Source: Bacteroidales bacterium (GTDB lineage Bacteria > Bacteroidota > Bacteroidia > Bacteroidales > UBA4417). Taken from it: DNA of 64,000 nucleotides. The stretch covers positions 84,637 through 148,636 of the forward strand of contig OY762227.1 of NCBI GenBank assembly GCA_963665485.1, read 5' to 3'. This document shows positions 47,786 through 57,265 of this stretch, piece after piece. The translations under genes were made by a program, and so were the position numbers. The number at the start of each line of letters is the position of its first letter. The stretch's first letter is position 1. The notes under the pieces are model-generated. The model ran no database searches. It saw only the letters and a list, made by a program, of their open reading frames with translations, and was not told the origin of the DNA.

Positions 47786-48841
47786 TTACTGATTAAAACG
47801 GATCAGATCTTGAGGAGCAATTATGCCTTTCTCAGTGATAAATCCAGTTATAAACCTCGCCGGTGTTACATCAAAGGCCGGATTCAGTGCATGTGATCCA
47901 GGTGAAGCCAGTCGAATAGTACGCATTTTCCCATCTGCATCAGGACCTGAATAATAAAGCACTTCGTCCTCAGTGCGCTCTTCAATCGGAATCATAGCGC
48001 CATCTGTCAACGAGAAATCGATGGTCGAAAATGGAACGGCAACATAAAAAGGGATACCAAATTCCTTGGCTACAATGGCTTTTTCGAAAGTGCCTATTTT
48101 ATTGGCTGTATCGCCGTTGGCAGCAATGCGGTCGGCACCGGTAATCACAAAATCAATCATTCCTTTGCTCATCAAGAAAGCACCGGCATTGTCGGGAACA
48201 ATTTTATGCGGAATTCCTTCGTTTTGAAGTTCCCAGGCTGTAAGGCGAGCACCCTGGTTTCGCGGACGGGTTTCGTCGGCATAAACGAAAAATTCTTTGC
48301 CCTGTTCTTTGGCAATATACATGGGAGCCAGCGCACTTCCATAATCCACAAAACCCAGCCAGCCGGCATTGCAATGGGTTAATATACGGCTGCCGTTTTG
48401 AATAAGTGCGTTTCCATATTCTCCGATTTGCTTCGCATCGGCAATATTTGCTTCAGCAAGTTTCTGCGCTTCGGTCAATGCAGCTTCAGGGCTATTCAAC
48501 CCGGCTTCGTAAACCCTTTCGGTGGCATAAAACAGGTTGCGGGCTGTGGGGCGGGTGGCTTCAATTTCCAGCCTTGCCTTTTCCACGAAGGCTTGATATG
48601 CTGATGAAAATAAGCCAAATTGAAGGTCTGCCTGTACATAAGCCTGCGCCATGGCAAAACCGGCAGCTGCACCAATTGCACCGGCCCCACGGGTAATCAT
48701 GGTGATTATTGAATGACAGGTGTCGGAATAGGATTTTGCTTCGTAGATTTTAAAATTGAATGGTAAGGCATTCTGATCTATCATTAAAACTGATGATCCT
48801 TCCATCCAGATAGTTCTATAGTGCTTGCCTGCTACATTCAT
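47786..48841 (-). CDS. mtnA: S-methyl-5-thioribose-1-phosphate isomerase (eIF-2B alpha/beta/delta-like)
   Basis: Motifs GAGAIGAAAGFA, TRPRNQGARLTAWEL and GADRIAANGDTANKIGT, at 351 aa. Confidence 0.9.
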   Translation of the reverse strand: MNVAGKHYRTIWMEGSSVLMIDQNALPFNFKIYEAKSYSDTCHSIITMITRGAGAIGAAAGFAMAQAYVQADLQFGLFSSAYQAFVEKARLEIEATRPTARNLFYATERVYEAGLNSPEAALTEAQKLAEANIADAKQIGEYGNALIQNGSRILTHCNAGWLGFVDYGSALAPMYIAKEQGKEFFVYADETRPRNQGARLTAWELQNEGIPHKIVPDNAGAFLMSKGMIDFVITGADRIAANGDTANKIGTFEKAIVAKEFGIPFYVAVPFSTIDFSLTDGAMIPIEERTEDEVLYYSGPDADGKMRTIRLASPGSHALNPAFDVTPARFITGFITEKGIIAPQDLIRFNQ

Positions 48842-48846
48842 GTTTT

Positions 48847-48907
48847 AGTGCTGAGTGCTGAGTGCTATGTGCTTTGTGCTTTGTGCTTTGTGCTAAGTGT
48901 TGTGCAG
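48847..48907 (+). repeat. tandem heptanucleotide array (~8.5 units of NGTGCTN)
   Basis: AGTGCTG AGTGCTG AGTGCTA TGTGCTT TGTGCTT TGTGCTT TGTGCTA AGTGTTG TGCAG. It begins 6 nt upstream of the mtnA ATG. Confidence 0.9.
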
Positions 48908-48943
48908 ATAATTAGAAGAATTATGTAACCAGACATAATTGAA

Positions 48944-49321
48944 CTACATACTTTGTGGCTTAGTTCGATAATAATTAATAAATCCGGAAATTAATTTTTT
49001 ACAGTCTTCGACCTTGCTCAAAATGATTGATAAATTTTCTTCGTTAAGATATCCGATATCGTACGAAAGATAAAGCTGAGTTTCGAGCTCATATAACGAT
49101 CCTTTTGAAATGTGCAGAAACTGAACGGTTTCCTTATCATGATTTCGGGCCACACCTTCAGCAATATTGGATGGAATCGAAATCGCAGCTCTTCTCATTT
49201 GGGAAGTAAGCGAATAAACCTCTTCCTTAGGAAAATCTTTTGTTAGAAAATATAATTGTTTAACAAGCTCACGGCTACAGATCCAGGCATTCAGATTTGT
49301 AAATGATTTATTCTCTTTCAT
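48944..49321 (-). CDS. four-helix-bundle protein (23S rRNA intervening-sequence protein family, TIGR02436-like)
   Basis: 125 aa. AAISIPSNIAEG...FLHISKGSLYELETQL is the hallmark pattern of this family. Confidence 0.85.
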   Translation of the reverse strand: MKENKSFTNLNAWICSRELVKQLYFLTKDFPKEEVYSLTSQMRRAAISIPSNIAEGVARNHDKETVQFLHISKGSLYELETQLYLSYDIGYLNEENLSIILSKVEDCKKLISGFINYYRTKPQSM

Positions 49322-49390
49322 GGCATTTTGAATTTGATGAAAATTGGATGTTAGCTATTTTTAAAAAATACGAAAATACCACATTAATTA

Positions 49391-49420
49391 CAAAGCACTA
49401 AGCACATAGCACTAAGCACC
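49391..49420 (-). repeat. heptanucleotide array, inverted copy of 48854-48883
   Basis: The reverse complement, GGTGCTTAGTGCTATGTGCTTAGTGCTTTG, matches 48854-48883 at 27/30 positions. It overlaps the last codons and the TAG stop of the M20 gene. Confidence 0.9.
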
Positions 49421-50641
49421 AAATTCATTACTTTTTAATGCTCCCAACGCCAACCACGCCATCAATCCCATCCCCGTTTCAAGGCTACTTTCATCTGCAT
49501 CAAACTCCGGAGTATGAAGATTACGTATATTTTTCCATTCAGGATTTTTAACTCCCAGACGGTAAAAACATGCCGGAATTATCTGGGTATAATAAGCAAA
49601 ATCTTCGGCTGTCATGCGCTGGTCGAGGTCGACTACATTTTCGGGACCGAGATATTCCTGAGCCAAGGCTTTGGCTTCTGAAGTTGCCAGGTCATCATTT
49701 ACAAGGAACGGATACCCGTGATCGATAAAAACCTCGCACGTTCCGCCCATGCTTTCGGCAATACCGCTGGCCAGTTTTGTGATTTTTTCATGTGCTTTTG
49801 CCCGCCATTCCTCATCGAAGGTGCGGAAAGTACCGTCGATCTTCACTTCCGAAGGAATAATATTGGTGCGTCCATCGGCAATTACCCTACCAAACGAAAG
49901 CACAGTAGGAACTCCCGGAGGCGCTATGCGGCTTACCACTTGTTGAAGAGCAACTATAATATGTGAGGCAATCAAAACGGTATCCGTATTCAGATCAGGT
50001 GTGGCCGAATGGCCTCCCCGACCTTTTATGGTAAGATAAACTTCATCGGTGGAAGCCATATACTTTCCGGATTTAAAGCCAACTTTTCCGGCTTCAAGAG
50101 TTGGTAATACGTGCTGACCTAAAATACGTTCAGGAATTGGGTTTTCAAGCACTCCATCCTTGATCATTGCCAAAGCGCCACCAGGAAATTTCTCTTCCGA
50201 AGGTTGAAAAATAAGCCGGATAGTACCTTCGAATTCGTTCCGAAGTTCATTCAGTATTTTTGATGCTCCAAGCAACGAAGCCATATGAACATCGTGACCA
50301 CAGGCGTGCATCACGCCTGGGTTCTGCGATTTGTAATCGCAGACATTTGACTCAGTTATTGGCAATGCATCCATATCAGCACGAAGCGCCAATGAGGTTG
50401 TGTGGGGCTGTTGACCTTCAATTTTGGCAACAATACCGTTTCCCCCAACTCCGCGGGTATAAGTAATGCCGTAACCATCAAGCGTTTTGCAGATAAAATC
50501 GGCTGTATTAAATTCCTTTTCCGACAATTCAGGATTTGCATGCAGATGCCTGCGAATCTGAATAATTTCAGGAGCTAATTCTGCTGCCAGGGTTTTTATT
50601 TTTTCACTTAATGGGTTCATCATATTTTGAATTTGACTCAT
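49412..50641 (-). CDS. M20 family amidohydrolase (N-acyl-L-amino acid amidohydrolase / hippuricase-like)
   Basis: HACGHDVHMASLLGA, FQPSEE and the GGH..P pattern typical of M20D, at 409 aa. Confidence 0.85.
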   Translation of the reverse strand: MSQIQNMMNPLSEKIKTLAAELAPEIIQIRRHLHANPELSEKEFNTADFICKTLDGYGITYTRGVGGNGIVAKIEGQQPHTTSLALRADMDALPITESNVCDYKSQNPGVMHACGHDVHMASLLGASKILNELRNEFEGTIRLIFQPSEEKFPGGALAMIKDGVLENPIPERILGQHVLPTLEAGKVGFKSGKYMASTDEVYLTIKGRGGHSATPDLNTDTVLIASHIIVALQQVVSRIAPPGVPTVLSFGRVIADGRTNIIPSEVKIDGTFRTFDEEWRAKAHEKITKLASGIAESMGGTCEVFIDHGYPFLVNDDLATSEAKALAQEYLGPENVVDLDQRMTAEDFAYYTQIIPACFYRLGVKNPEWKNIRNLHTPEFDADESSLETGMGLMAWLALGALKSNEFGA

Positions 50642-50679
50642 TGATTGAGTGGAAATATATCTCGGGAACTCCCGGATTA

Positions 50680-51027
50680 CTATTCCAGGTCAAGCGTTAT
50701 TTTAATGTTATCTTTAATTAAATCTTTAAGATCAGCAGGAATATCACCAATCTTTCTGACCAGTCTTTTATTGTCAATAGCTCTGATCTGATCAATCATT
50801 ATATCGCAATTCTCTGACAGGTTTGCCATTCCTTTCCTGAGATGCACACGTAAAATGTCAGCCTCATTTTCAACTTTGGTTGTAATCGGGCAAACAATTG
50901 TTGAAGGATGTGGAAGTTTATTCAGCAGATTTGTCTGAATGATCAATACTGGTCTGGTTTTGCCTGGCTCTGTCCCGATTTGTGGATTTAAGTCTGCTAT
51001 CCAGACCTCAAATTGTCTAATCAGCAT
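50680..51027 (-). CDS. type II toxin, PemK/MazF family endoribonuclease
   Basis: FEVWIADLNPQIGTEPGKTRPVLIIQTN matches the MazF/PemK N-terminal pattern. The ATG at 51027 overlaps the antitoxin 3' end by 11 nt. The track start at 51042 is a TTG. Confidence 0.85.
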   Translation of the reverse strand: MLIRQFEVWIADLNPQIGTEPGKTRPVLIIQTNLLNKLPHPSTIVCPITTKVENEADILRVHLRKGMANLSENCDIMIDQIRAIDNKRLVRKIGDIPADLKDLIKDNIKITLDLE

Positions 51028-51247
51028 AATCAATGCTTTCAAATTCGTTAAGTACGGTTACAGATTCCTTTTCCACCAAAGCAGATTCATATTTTAGTTT
51101 GCTTTCGAGCAGAATTCTCCGCTGATAGCGGTTATAATAATCCAGGGCCTCGTTTATGTAACGATTCCTTGTTTTCTTTATCCGGGAAAGAATTTTCTCA
51201 GTTTCTCCGAATACTGAATCGTCAATTTTTAATGATACAGTTTTCAT
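51017..51247 (-). CDS. putative antitoxin (ribbon-helix-helix-like) of the MazF pair
   Basis: A 76-aa ORF immediately upstream of and overlapping the toxin gene. N-terminal beta strand (KTVSLKIDDSVF) followed by helices (RNRYINEALDYY). Confidence 0.65.
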   Translation of the reverse strand: MKTVSLKIDDSVFGETEKILSRIKKTRNRYINEALDYYNRYQRRILLESKLKYESALVEKESVTVLNEFESIDYAD

Positions 51248-51378
51248 TTTTCAATTAATATATCACAAAGGTATATCAAAAAAGTATATTTTCTTTAAAT
51301 GAAGGGAATAATTTCTGATTTTGAAAAGCTGGCTAACGTTCCCGAATCTGGCGTCATGGCTTGCGTGACTTAGTGTTT

Positions 51379-51768
51379 TTAACCTGGAATTGCTTCCGAA
51401 AGCATTTCCTTTCCTTGCTTATCGTAATATGTACAAGTCATTTCAATTGTACTTACCGTCCATTTTTGAACACCACATTCAGCGGAATGATTACAAAATG
51501 TCATATAGTCAGTCTGTCCTTGCTGGTGAATTTTTAAATATTGTTTAAATTTTTCGGTATCACCTTTATCAGCCACTGTCAACAGGTTGTACTTAGCTTC
51601 CGACTTTGTTTCGAAGTTATTGGTTCCGAAATATTCTCCGTGTCCATCGTAAACGTAAGTGTCATACGTCAGTACACCCAGTTTGATCAGCTCCTGAATA
51701 TATTTTGGAAAGTCGGAACCACTTTTAACTTTTGAATGGGCTTCCTTTATTTGTGAAATGGTAAACAT
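51379..51768 (-). CDS. DUF1398 family protein
   Basis: 129 aa. MFTISQIKEAHSKVKSGSDFPKYIQELIKLGV..YDTYV.DGH is typical of DUF1398. Confidence 0.7.
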   Translation of the reverse strand: MFTISQIKEAHSKVKSGSDFPKYIQELIKLGVLTYDTYVYDGHGEYFGTNNFETKSEAKYNLLTVADKGDTEKFKQYLKIHQQGQTDYMTFCNHSAECGVQKWTVSTIEMTCTYYDKQGKEMLSEAIPG

Positions 51769-51894
51769 ATTCTGTGGGGTTTAATTGTTGATACTGATTT
51801 ATACCGATCATACGCTCAAATTTCAGACTGATAGAACAGTTTAAATGTGGTAAAGTTTGGTAAAACACTGATTCTTCAACTAAACATCACAAAT

Positions 51895-53715
51895 CTACGT
51901 GAACGATTGCATCTCACACAGTTTCTTGTAAATTCCTTCCACAGCAATTAAATCGTGGTGTGTTCCGCGCTGAACAATTTCACCGGCATTGAGAACAATA
52001 ATTTCGTCGGCATGCTGAATGGTTGATAGCCGGTGCGCAATCACCACCGAAGTGCGGTTTTGCATCAGTTTTACCAATGCATCCTGCACCAGGCGTTCGC
52101 TTTCGGTATCCAGCGCCGAAGTAGCTTCGTCGAGGATAAGTACAGGCGGATTTTTCAGAACCGCTCTTGCAATGCTGATGCGCTGCCGCTGTCCGCCCGA
52201 AAGTTTCAGACCACGGTCGCCGATATTGGTGTTGTAACCATCATCCAGTTTCTCAATAAATTCGTGGGCATTGGCAACTTTGGCAGCTGAAATCACTTTC
52301 TCCATAGTAACATTCTTCATGCCGAAAGAAATATTGTCGTAAACAGATCCGTTGAAAAGAATGGTTTCCTGGTTCACAATTCCCATCAGTCCGCGTACAT
52401 CGGCAATGGCAATATCGCGTATTTCGTGACCATCAATCAGCAATTCGCCACCGGTGATATCGTAAAAGCGGGGCAGTAAGTCGACCATAGTCGATTTTCC
52501 GCCGCCCGACTGGCCAACCAGCGCAATTGATTTCCCCTTGGGTATCACAAGGTTAATTCCCTTAAGCACCGGCTCGGTATTGTAACTAAAGGTTACGTTG
52601 CGGTATTCAATACTGTGTTGAAGGTCGCTCACCCTTACCGGGTCTGGTTTTTCAACAATAACTTCTTCGGCTTTCAAAATGTAATCAATCCGATCGAGTG
52701 ACGATGCTCCTTTTTGTATATAAGCGGCGGCTTGCGAAATATCCTTGGCCGGGGGCAGAAGCTGTGAGAAAACGCCAAGGTAAACGATAAACTTGGTTGC
52801 ATCCAGCGAATTGTCGTTTGCCAGGATCAGTCCGCCACCATACCATAAAATTACAGCCGTTACCATAATTCCCAAAAATTCGCTGAGCGGTGAAGCCAGG
52901 TCGCGTTTGCGGATCATGCGCGTTGACACTTTGGCGAAATCCGCGTTCAGTTTCACGAAATTGTTATAACTGAAATTGATGGCATTAAATGCTTTGATGA
53001 TACGGAGGCCGGAAATGGTTTCTTCGATCATAGATACCATATTGCCCATTTTTGACTGCACCTTGTCGGAAGTACGCCGTAGCGAACGGCCTATCCTGCC
53101 AATGATAAACCCTGAAACCGGCAGTACCAGCAGAACAAATATGGTGAGGCTTGGGCTCAGTATAAAAAGAAAAACCAGGTAAGCAACCAACGTAATCGGC
53201 TGGCGGAAAATAATTTCAATCATTTGCAGGATCGACCATTCAACTTCCTGCACATCGCCGGTAATACGTGATATGATATCGCCTTTACGCTGCTCATTAA
53301 AATAGGAGAGTGGCAGTATAAGCGCTTTGTAATAAATGGCATTGCGGAGGTCCTTCACCACCCCGAAACGTAGCACTGCAATAAAAAACATGGCCAGGTA
53401 ACGGAAAAGGTTTTTCAGGAAATAAAGGGCAACCAATAGAATGCAGATATACCCTAGCACCATGTGTTCGCCGTAGGTATGAATGAGCTGGCTCACATAA
53501 AAATTCAGGTTCTGCATAATGGCGTCCTGGTTAAAAGTAAGCGGGGGCGCCGATGTTACCGGTTTCGTCATTTTAAATAATATCTGTAGAATTGGTACGA
53601 GCGCGGCAAACGAAACCAGCGAAAAAAGAATAACCAGTAAATTGCAGATAATATTAATCACGGCATACACCCAGTAAGGTTTTGCGTAACGCATCAGATT
53701 TATGAATCTTCTCAC
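51895..53715 (-). CDS. ABC transporter permease/ATP-binding fusion (MsbA-like exporter)
   Basis: Six-TM N-terminal domain. Walker A (GQSGGGKST), signature (LSGGQRQRISIARA) and Walker B (LILDEATSALD). Confidence 0.9.
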   Translation of the reverse strand: MRRFINLMRYAKPYWVYAVINIICNLLVILFSLVSFAALVPILQILFKMTKPVTSAPPLTFNQDAIMQNLNFYVSQLIHTYGEHMVLGYICILLVALYFLKNLFRYLAMFFIAVLRFGVVKDLRNAIYYKALILPLSYFNEQRKGDIISRITGDVQEVEWSILQMIEIIFRQPITLVAYLVFLFILSPSLTIFVLLVLPVSGFIIGRIGRSLRRTSDKVQSKMGNMVSMIEETISGLRIIKAFNAINFSYNNFVKLNADFAKVSTRMIRKRDLASPLSEFLGIMVTAVILWYGGGLILANDNSLDATKFIVYLGVFSQLLPPAKDISQAAAYIQKGASSLDRIDYILKAEEVIVEKPDPVRVSDLQHSIEYRNVTFSYNTEPVLKGINLVIPKGKSIALVGQSGGGKSTMVDLLPRFYDITGGELLIDGHEIRDIAIADVRGLMGIVNQETILFNGSVYDNISFGMKNVTMEKVISAAKVANAHEFIEKLDDGYNTNIGDRGLKLSGGQRQRISIARAVLKNPPVLILDEATSALDTESERLVQDALVKLMQNRTSVVIAHRLSTIQHADEIIVLNAGEIVQRGTHHDLIAVEGIYKKLCEMQSFT

Positions 53716-53847
53716 GAGAATAGTTTTTTAGAAGAAAAGCAGGTTGTGGTTTTAATTATCCGCAAAATTAACATTTAATGACATTGGTCGGTAAATTTTC
53801 GTTACCGTGCTTTGCGGCACTTTATCACGTATTATTTATAAAATCAG

Positions 53848-53855
53848 TACCTTTG
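53848..53855 (+). promoter_or_regulatory. candidate -7 promoter box (TAnnTTTG) abutting the rbfA start
   Basis: TACCTTTG ends 4 nt before the ATG at 53860. If functional, it implies a leaderless or near-leaderless mRNA. Confidence 0.25.
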
Positions 53856-53859
53856 CCGC

Positions 53860-54201
53860 ATGGAAACAACACGCCAGCAAAAAATTGCACGACTCCTGCA
53901 AAAGGATCTAGGTGAAATATTCCAGGCCATGGGCCGCGATGTATTTCCCGGGAATATGATTACTGTTACAAAGGTTCATGTGTCGCCTGATCTGTTCCTT
54001 GCCAAAGTTTATCTCAGCCTCTTCGGGAAAACTGCTAAACAGGAACTTTTAGATCACATAAAAGTTCACAAAAAAGAAATCAGGTTCGCATTGGGCAACC
54101 GCATTAAAAACCAGGTGCGCTCTATACCGGAACTCGACTTTTTTATCGACGATTCGCTCGACTATATTGAAAATATTGACAATCTGTTGAAAAAGAGCTA
54201 G
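53860..54201 (+). CDS. rbfA: 30S ribosome-binding factor RbfA
   Basis: 113 aa. RQQKIARLLQKDLGEIF....ITVTKVHVSPDLFLAKVYLS is typical of RbfA. Confidence 0.88.
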   Translation: METTRQQKIARLLQKDLGEIFQAMGRDVFPGNMITVTKVHVSPDLFLAKVYLSLFGKTAKQELLDHIKVHKKEIRFALGNRIKNQVRSIPELDFFIDDSLDYIENIDNLLKKS

Positions 54202-54202
54202 G

Positions 54203-54245
54203 AGTCGGAAGACAGAAGTCGGAAGTCGGAAGACAGAAGTCGAAA
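54203..54245 (+). repeat. tandem heptanucleotide array of a second sequence family (AGTCGGA/AGACAGA)
   Basis: AGTCGGA AGACAGA AGTCGGA AGTCGGA AGACAGA AGTCGAA AG. It starts 2 nt after the rbfA stop codon. Confidence 0.85.
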
Positions 54246-54364
54246 GATCACTCGATTTATGAACATTTATCCATTTCAGCTCGCTTTATACGTTTCTCCC
54301 CGCGCCACTTCGCCTTTTACCCCTTCTTAGATTTAATAATTCCTTGAAACATCCTTAAACAAAC

Positions 54365-55174
54365 ATGCAATACGATCCAATCAAACGTTCGCTTGGCAAC
54401 GTTTTTAACAGTACACCATTTTTAAGAAAAGTATTTTATCACTTGCTTGATTTGCTTTTGCTCCGCTCCTGGCATGTTCGCCGCGAATTGAGAAAATGGG
54501 CGGAAGCAGCGGTAAAAAATGCCTCCATACTGGATGCCGGCTCAGGTTTCGGGCAATACGATTTCTATATGTCATCCAAAAATCCAGACTGGAAAATAAG
54601 AGGAGTTGATGTGAAAGACGAGCAGATTGCTGACTGCAACAATTTTTTCAGCCGTATCCATCGTAAGAATGTAACTTTTGCAATCGCTGATCTTACCGCG
54701 TTTACTGATGTTTCGGAATATAACCTTATACTTTCGGTTGATGTTATGGAGCATATACTTGAAGACGTACAGGTATTCCGTAATTTTTATGCTTCACTCC
54801 AGCCAGGTGGAATGGTTTTGATTTCCACACCTTCGGACCAGGGCGGCAGCGATGTTCACGACCATGATGAAGAGGAATCATTTATTGATGAGCATGTCCG
54901 CGATGGTTATAACATCAACGAAATTCAGGAGAAATTAAAACTGGCAGGTTTCCGGCGCACCGAAGCACGTTATCAGTACGGGAAACCGGGACAGCTTAGT
55001 TGGAGGCTATCGATGAAATACCCGATTCTCGCGCTGGGGAAGACTAAACTTTTCTTTATTCTGTTACCATTTTATTACTTAATCACATTCCCGGTTTGCC
55101 TGGTTCTAAATTATCTTGATTCTACCCTGATTCATAAAACAGGAACCGGACTTATTGTGAAAGCATGGAAGTAA
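54365..55174 (+). CDS. class I SAM-dependent methyltransferase
   Basis: Motif I (ILDAGSGFGQY) and post-I/II spacing (DLILSVDVMEHI; LQPGGMVLIS). The C-terminal hydrophobic segment suggests membrane association. Confidence 0.75.
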   Translation: MQYDPIKRSLGNVFNSTPFLRKVFYHLLDLLLLRSWHVRRELRKWAEAAVKNASILDAGSGFGQYDFYMSSKNPDWKIRGVDVKDEQIADCNNFFSRIHRKNVTFAIADLTAFTDVSEYNLILSVDVMEHILEDVQVFRNFYASLQPGGMVLISTPSDQGGSDVHDHDEEESFIDEHVRDGYNINEIQEKLKLAGFRRTEARYQYGKPGQLSWRLSMKYPILALGKTKLFFILLPFYYLITFPVCLVLNYLDSTLIHKTGTGLIVKAWK

Positions 55175-55229
55175 AACAGAAAAGAAAGGGATTTCAGAAT
55201 GATTTTATATCAATTTTAGTAATAACCAA

Positions 55230-57170
55230 ATGAAATCTCTCAAGCACTTTCCAAATATTATTTTAATTATCAGGATATTTCTGCTTTCATTATCTGTTTT
55301 CTTTTGTTTCAGATTGATTTTATTTCTGACAGAAACGGATAGAGTTGGTGGTTTGAGTGAAAACTTTGTTACCATTCTCCTTGCCTTTATAATGGGGATT
55401 CGGTTTGATCTCGTAATTTCAGGCTATATTTTATTCTTTCCTTTCATTATCATTTCGCTGCTGAGCATAATTAATAAGCCTTCAAAAATCACCAACAGAG
55501 TACTTTTCTACCTCATCTACTTCCTTTTTTGTATATCATTTGCAATGTGCGCAATAGATATACCCTATTTTAACCAGTTTTTCACACGACTCAATGTAAC
55601 AGCTCTTGCCTGGCTCGATAGCCCGGCTTTTGTTTTTAAAATGATAGTTGAGGAACCCCGCCTATGGCTTTTTGTTCTTCCGGCCATACTTCTATCAATC
55701 GTATTCTACAAAGTGCTAAAAAGAATTTTCACTTCTTTTGAAAAACATGAAAACACAAGATCCCGCTACCTGGTAAAATCCTTGATTTTTGTATTATTCC
55801 TAGGTCTTATTTTTGTTGGGGTCCGTGGAAGGATTTCGAAGAAATCGCCAATAAGAATAGGGACTGCCTATTTTTCTGACAACTCTTTTCTGAATCAGTT
55901 GGGACTGAATCCGGTATTTACTTTTTTACGAAGTTATATTGATAGTAAAGATGAAAGGAATAACGCTATTCAACTGATGGATGAAAAAACTGCCATAGCA
56001 AACGTGCAGAAATATCTTTCAATCAGTCCGGGTAACCAGGCTTCACCACTCTCCAGAAAAATTGATCCTGACACCATAGCAGCTACAAAGCATAATGTTG
56101 TTGTAGTTATTATGGAGTCAATGAGTGCCGCAAAAATGAAACGATTTGACAATAAAAAGAACTTAACTCCATTTCTCGACAGTTTAGCAGTTCACAGCTA
56201 TTGCTTTGATCATATTTATACCGCCGGAATGCATACATTTAATGGAATTTTCAGTACACTTTTTTCATTTCCGGCTATCTTCCGGCAACACCCGATGAAA
56301 GATGATAATATTTCGAACCGTAACGGAATGGCCTCCGTTTTGAGGCAACAAGGATATACAACTACCTATTTTACTACTCACGACGGGCAATTCGATAACG
56401 TTGAAGGATTTCTAAGGTCAAATGATTTTGAAAATGTTATTTCACAATCCGATTACCCTTTCGGCGAAATTAAGACAACTCTAGGTGTGCCTGACGACTA
56501 TTTATTCCGCTATTCTATTCCTTATATTTCAAAGCTAAATGACCGTAAAAAACCCTTTTTTGTGGCTTTTATGACAGCCAGTGATCACGCGCCATTTTAT
56601 GTTCCTGATTATTTTAAATCACATTTTACCGATACACGAGACCAGATAACAGAATATGCCGACTGGTCGATACGGCAATTTATTTCGATGGCATCAAAAC
56701 AAAGCTGGTTCCGAAACACTTTGTTTGTTTTTATTGCCGATCATGGGGAACCGATAAATACTACCTATGATATTTCATTGGATTACCACCATACTCCGCT
56801 TATTTTTTACGCGCCCTATTTGCTGCCCGAAAACCGGGCTTTTGAAATGATTGGTGGACAGATCGATGTATTCCCGACAATAATGGGGCTTATTAAATTA
56901 CCCTATGTTAATACCACATTAGGCGTTGATTTACTTAAACAATCGCGGCCTTTCATATTTATTAACAGTGATGATAAATATGGAGTTTTGAATAAAGAGT
57001 TTTTCCTTATTGTCAGAAAGGACGGAAGGTCGAATTTGTATAGATATTTGAACAACGATAAAACAGACTATTTAAGTATGTATGAGAAGGAAGCAAACCT
57101 GATGAATGAATACGCCAAATCAAACCTCCAGGTTTTTCAGTATATATTAAAACACAGGAATTCCGAATAG
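55230..57170 (+). CDS. LTA synthase / phosphoglycerol- or phosphoethanolamine-transferase-like sulfatase family membrane protein
   Basis: About 5 N-terminal TM helices are followed by an extracytoplasmic alkaline-phosphatase-superfamily domain (VVVIMESMSA, ...TASDHAPF, FIADHGEP). Confidence 0.8.
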   Translation: MKSLKHFPNIILIIRIFLLSLSVFFCFRLILFLTETDRVGGLSENFVTILLAFIMGIRFDLVISGYILFFPFIIISLLSIINKPSKITNRVLFYLIYFLFCISFAMCAIDIPYFNQFFTRLNVTALAWLDSPAFVFKMIVEEPRLWLFVLPAILLSIVFYKVLKRIFTSFEKHENTRSRYLVKSLIFVLFLGLIFVGVRGRISKKSPIRIGTAYFSDNSFLNQLGLNPVFTFLRSYIDSKDERNNAIQLMDEKTAIANVQKYLSISPGNQASPLSRKIDPDTIAATKHNVVVVIMESMSAAKMKRFDNKKNLTPFLDSLAVHSYCFDHIYTAGMHTFNGIFSTLFSFPAIFRQHPMKDDNISNRNGMASVLRQQGYTTTYFTTHDGQFDNVEGFLRSNDFENVISQSDYPFGEIKTTLGVPDDYLFRYSIPYISKLNDRKKPFFVAFMTASDHAPFYVPDYFKSHFTDTRDQITEYADWSIRQFISMASKQSWFRNTLFVFIADHGEPINTTYDISLDYHHTPLIFYAPYLLPENRAFEMIGGQIDVFPTIMGLIKLPYVNTTLGVDLLKQSRPFIFINSDDKYGVLNKEFFLIVRKDGRSNLYRYLNNDKTDYLSMYEKEANLMNEYAKSNLQVFQYILKHRNSE

Positions 57171-57257
57171 AATATAGAGATAGATTCTAATAACGTAGGC
57201 AGTAAGGCTCAATTTATTTTAAATTTCGGTTATAATGCAGAATTCATCCCTGTTGTC

Positions 57258-57265
57258 TATCTTTG
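57258..57265 (+). promoter_or_regulatory. candidate -7 promoter box (TAnnTTTG)
   Basis: TATCTTTG lies 21 nt upstream of the GTG start at 57286. Confidence 0.3.

Noticed and set aside
48847-48907. Possible CRISPR array, because of short tandem repeats
   Set aside because: The period is only 7 nt with no spacers, there are no cas genes and the arrays are 60 nt or shorter. It is a microsatellite-like element, not a CRISPR.
48944-49321. The presence of a '23S rRNA intervening sequence protein' might suggest an rRNA operon
   Set aside because: No rRNA-like sequence flanks it. Both neighbours are ordinary protein-coding genes on the same strand.
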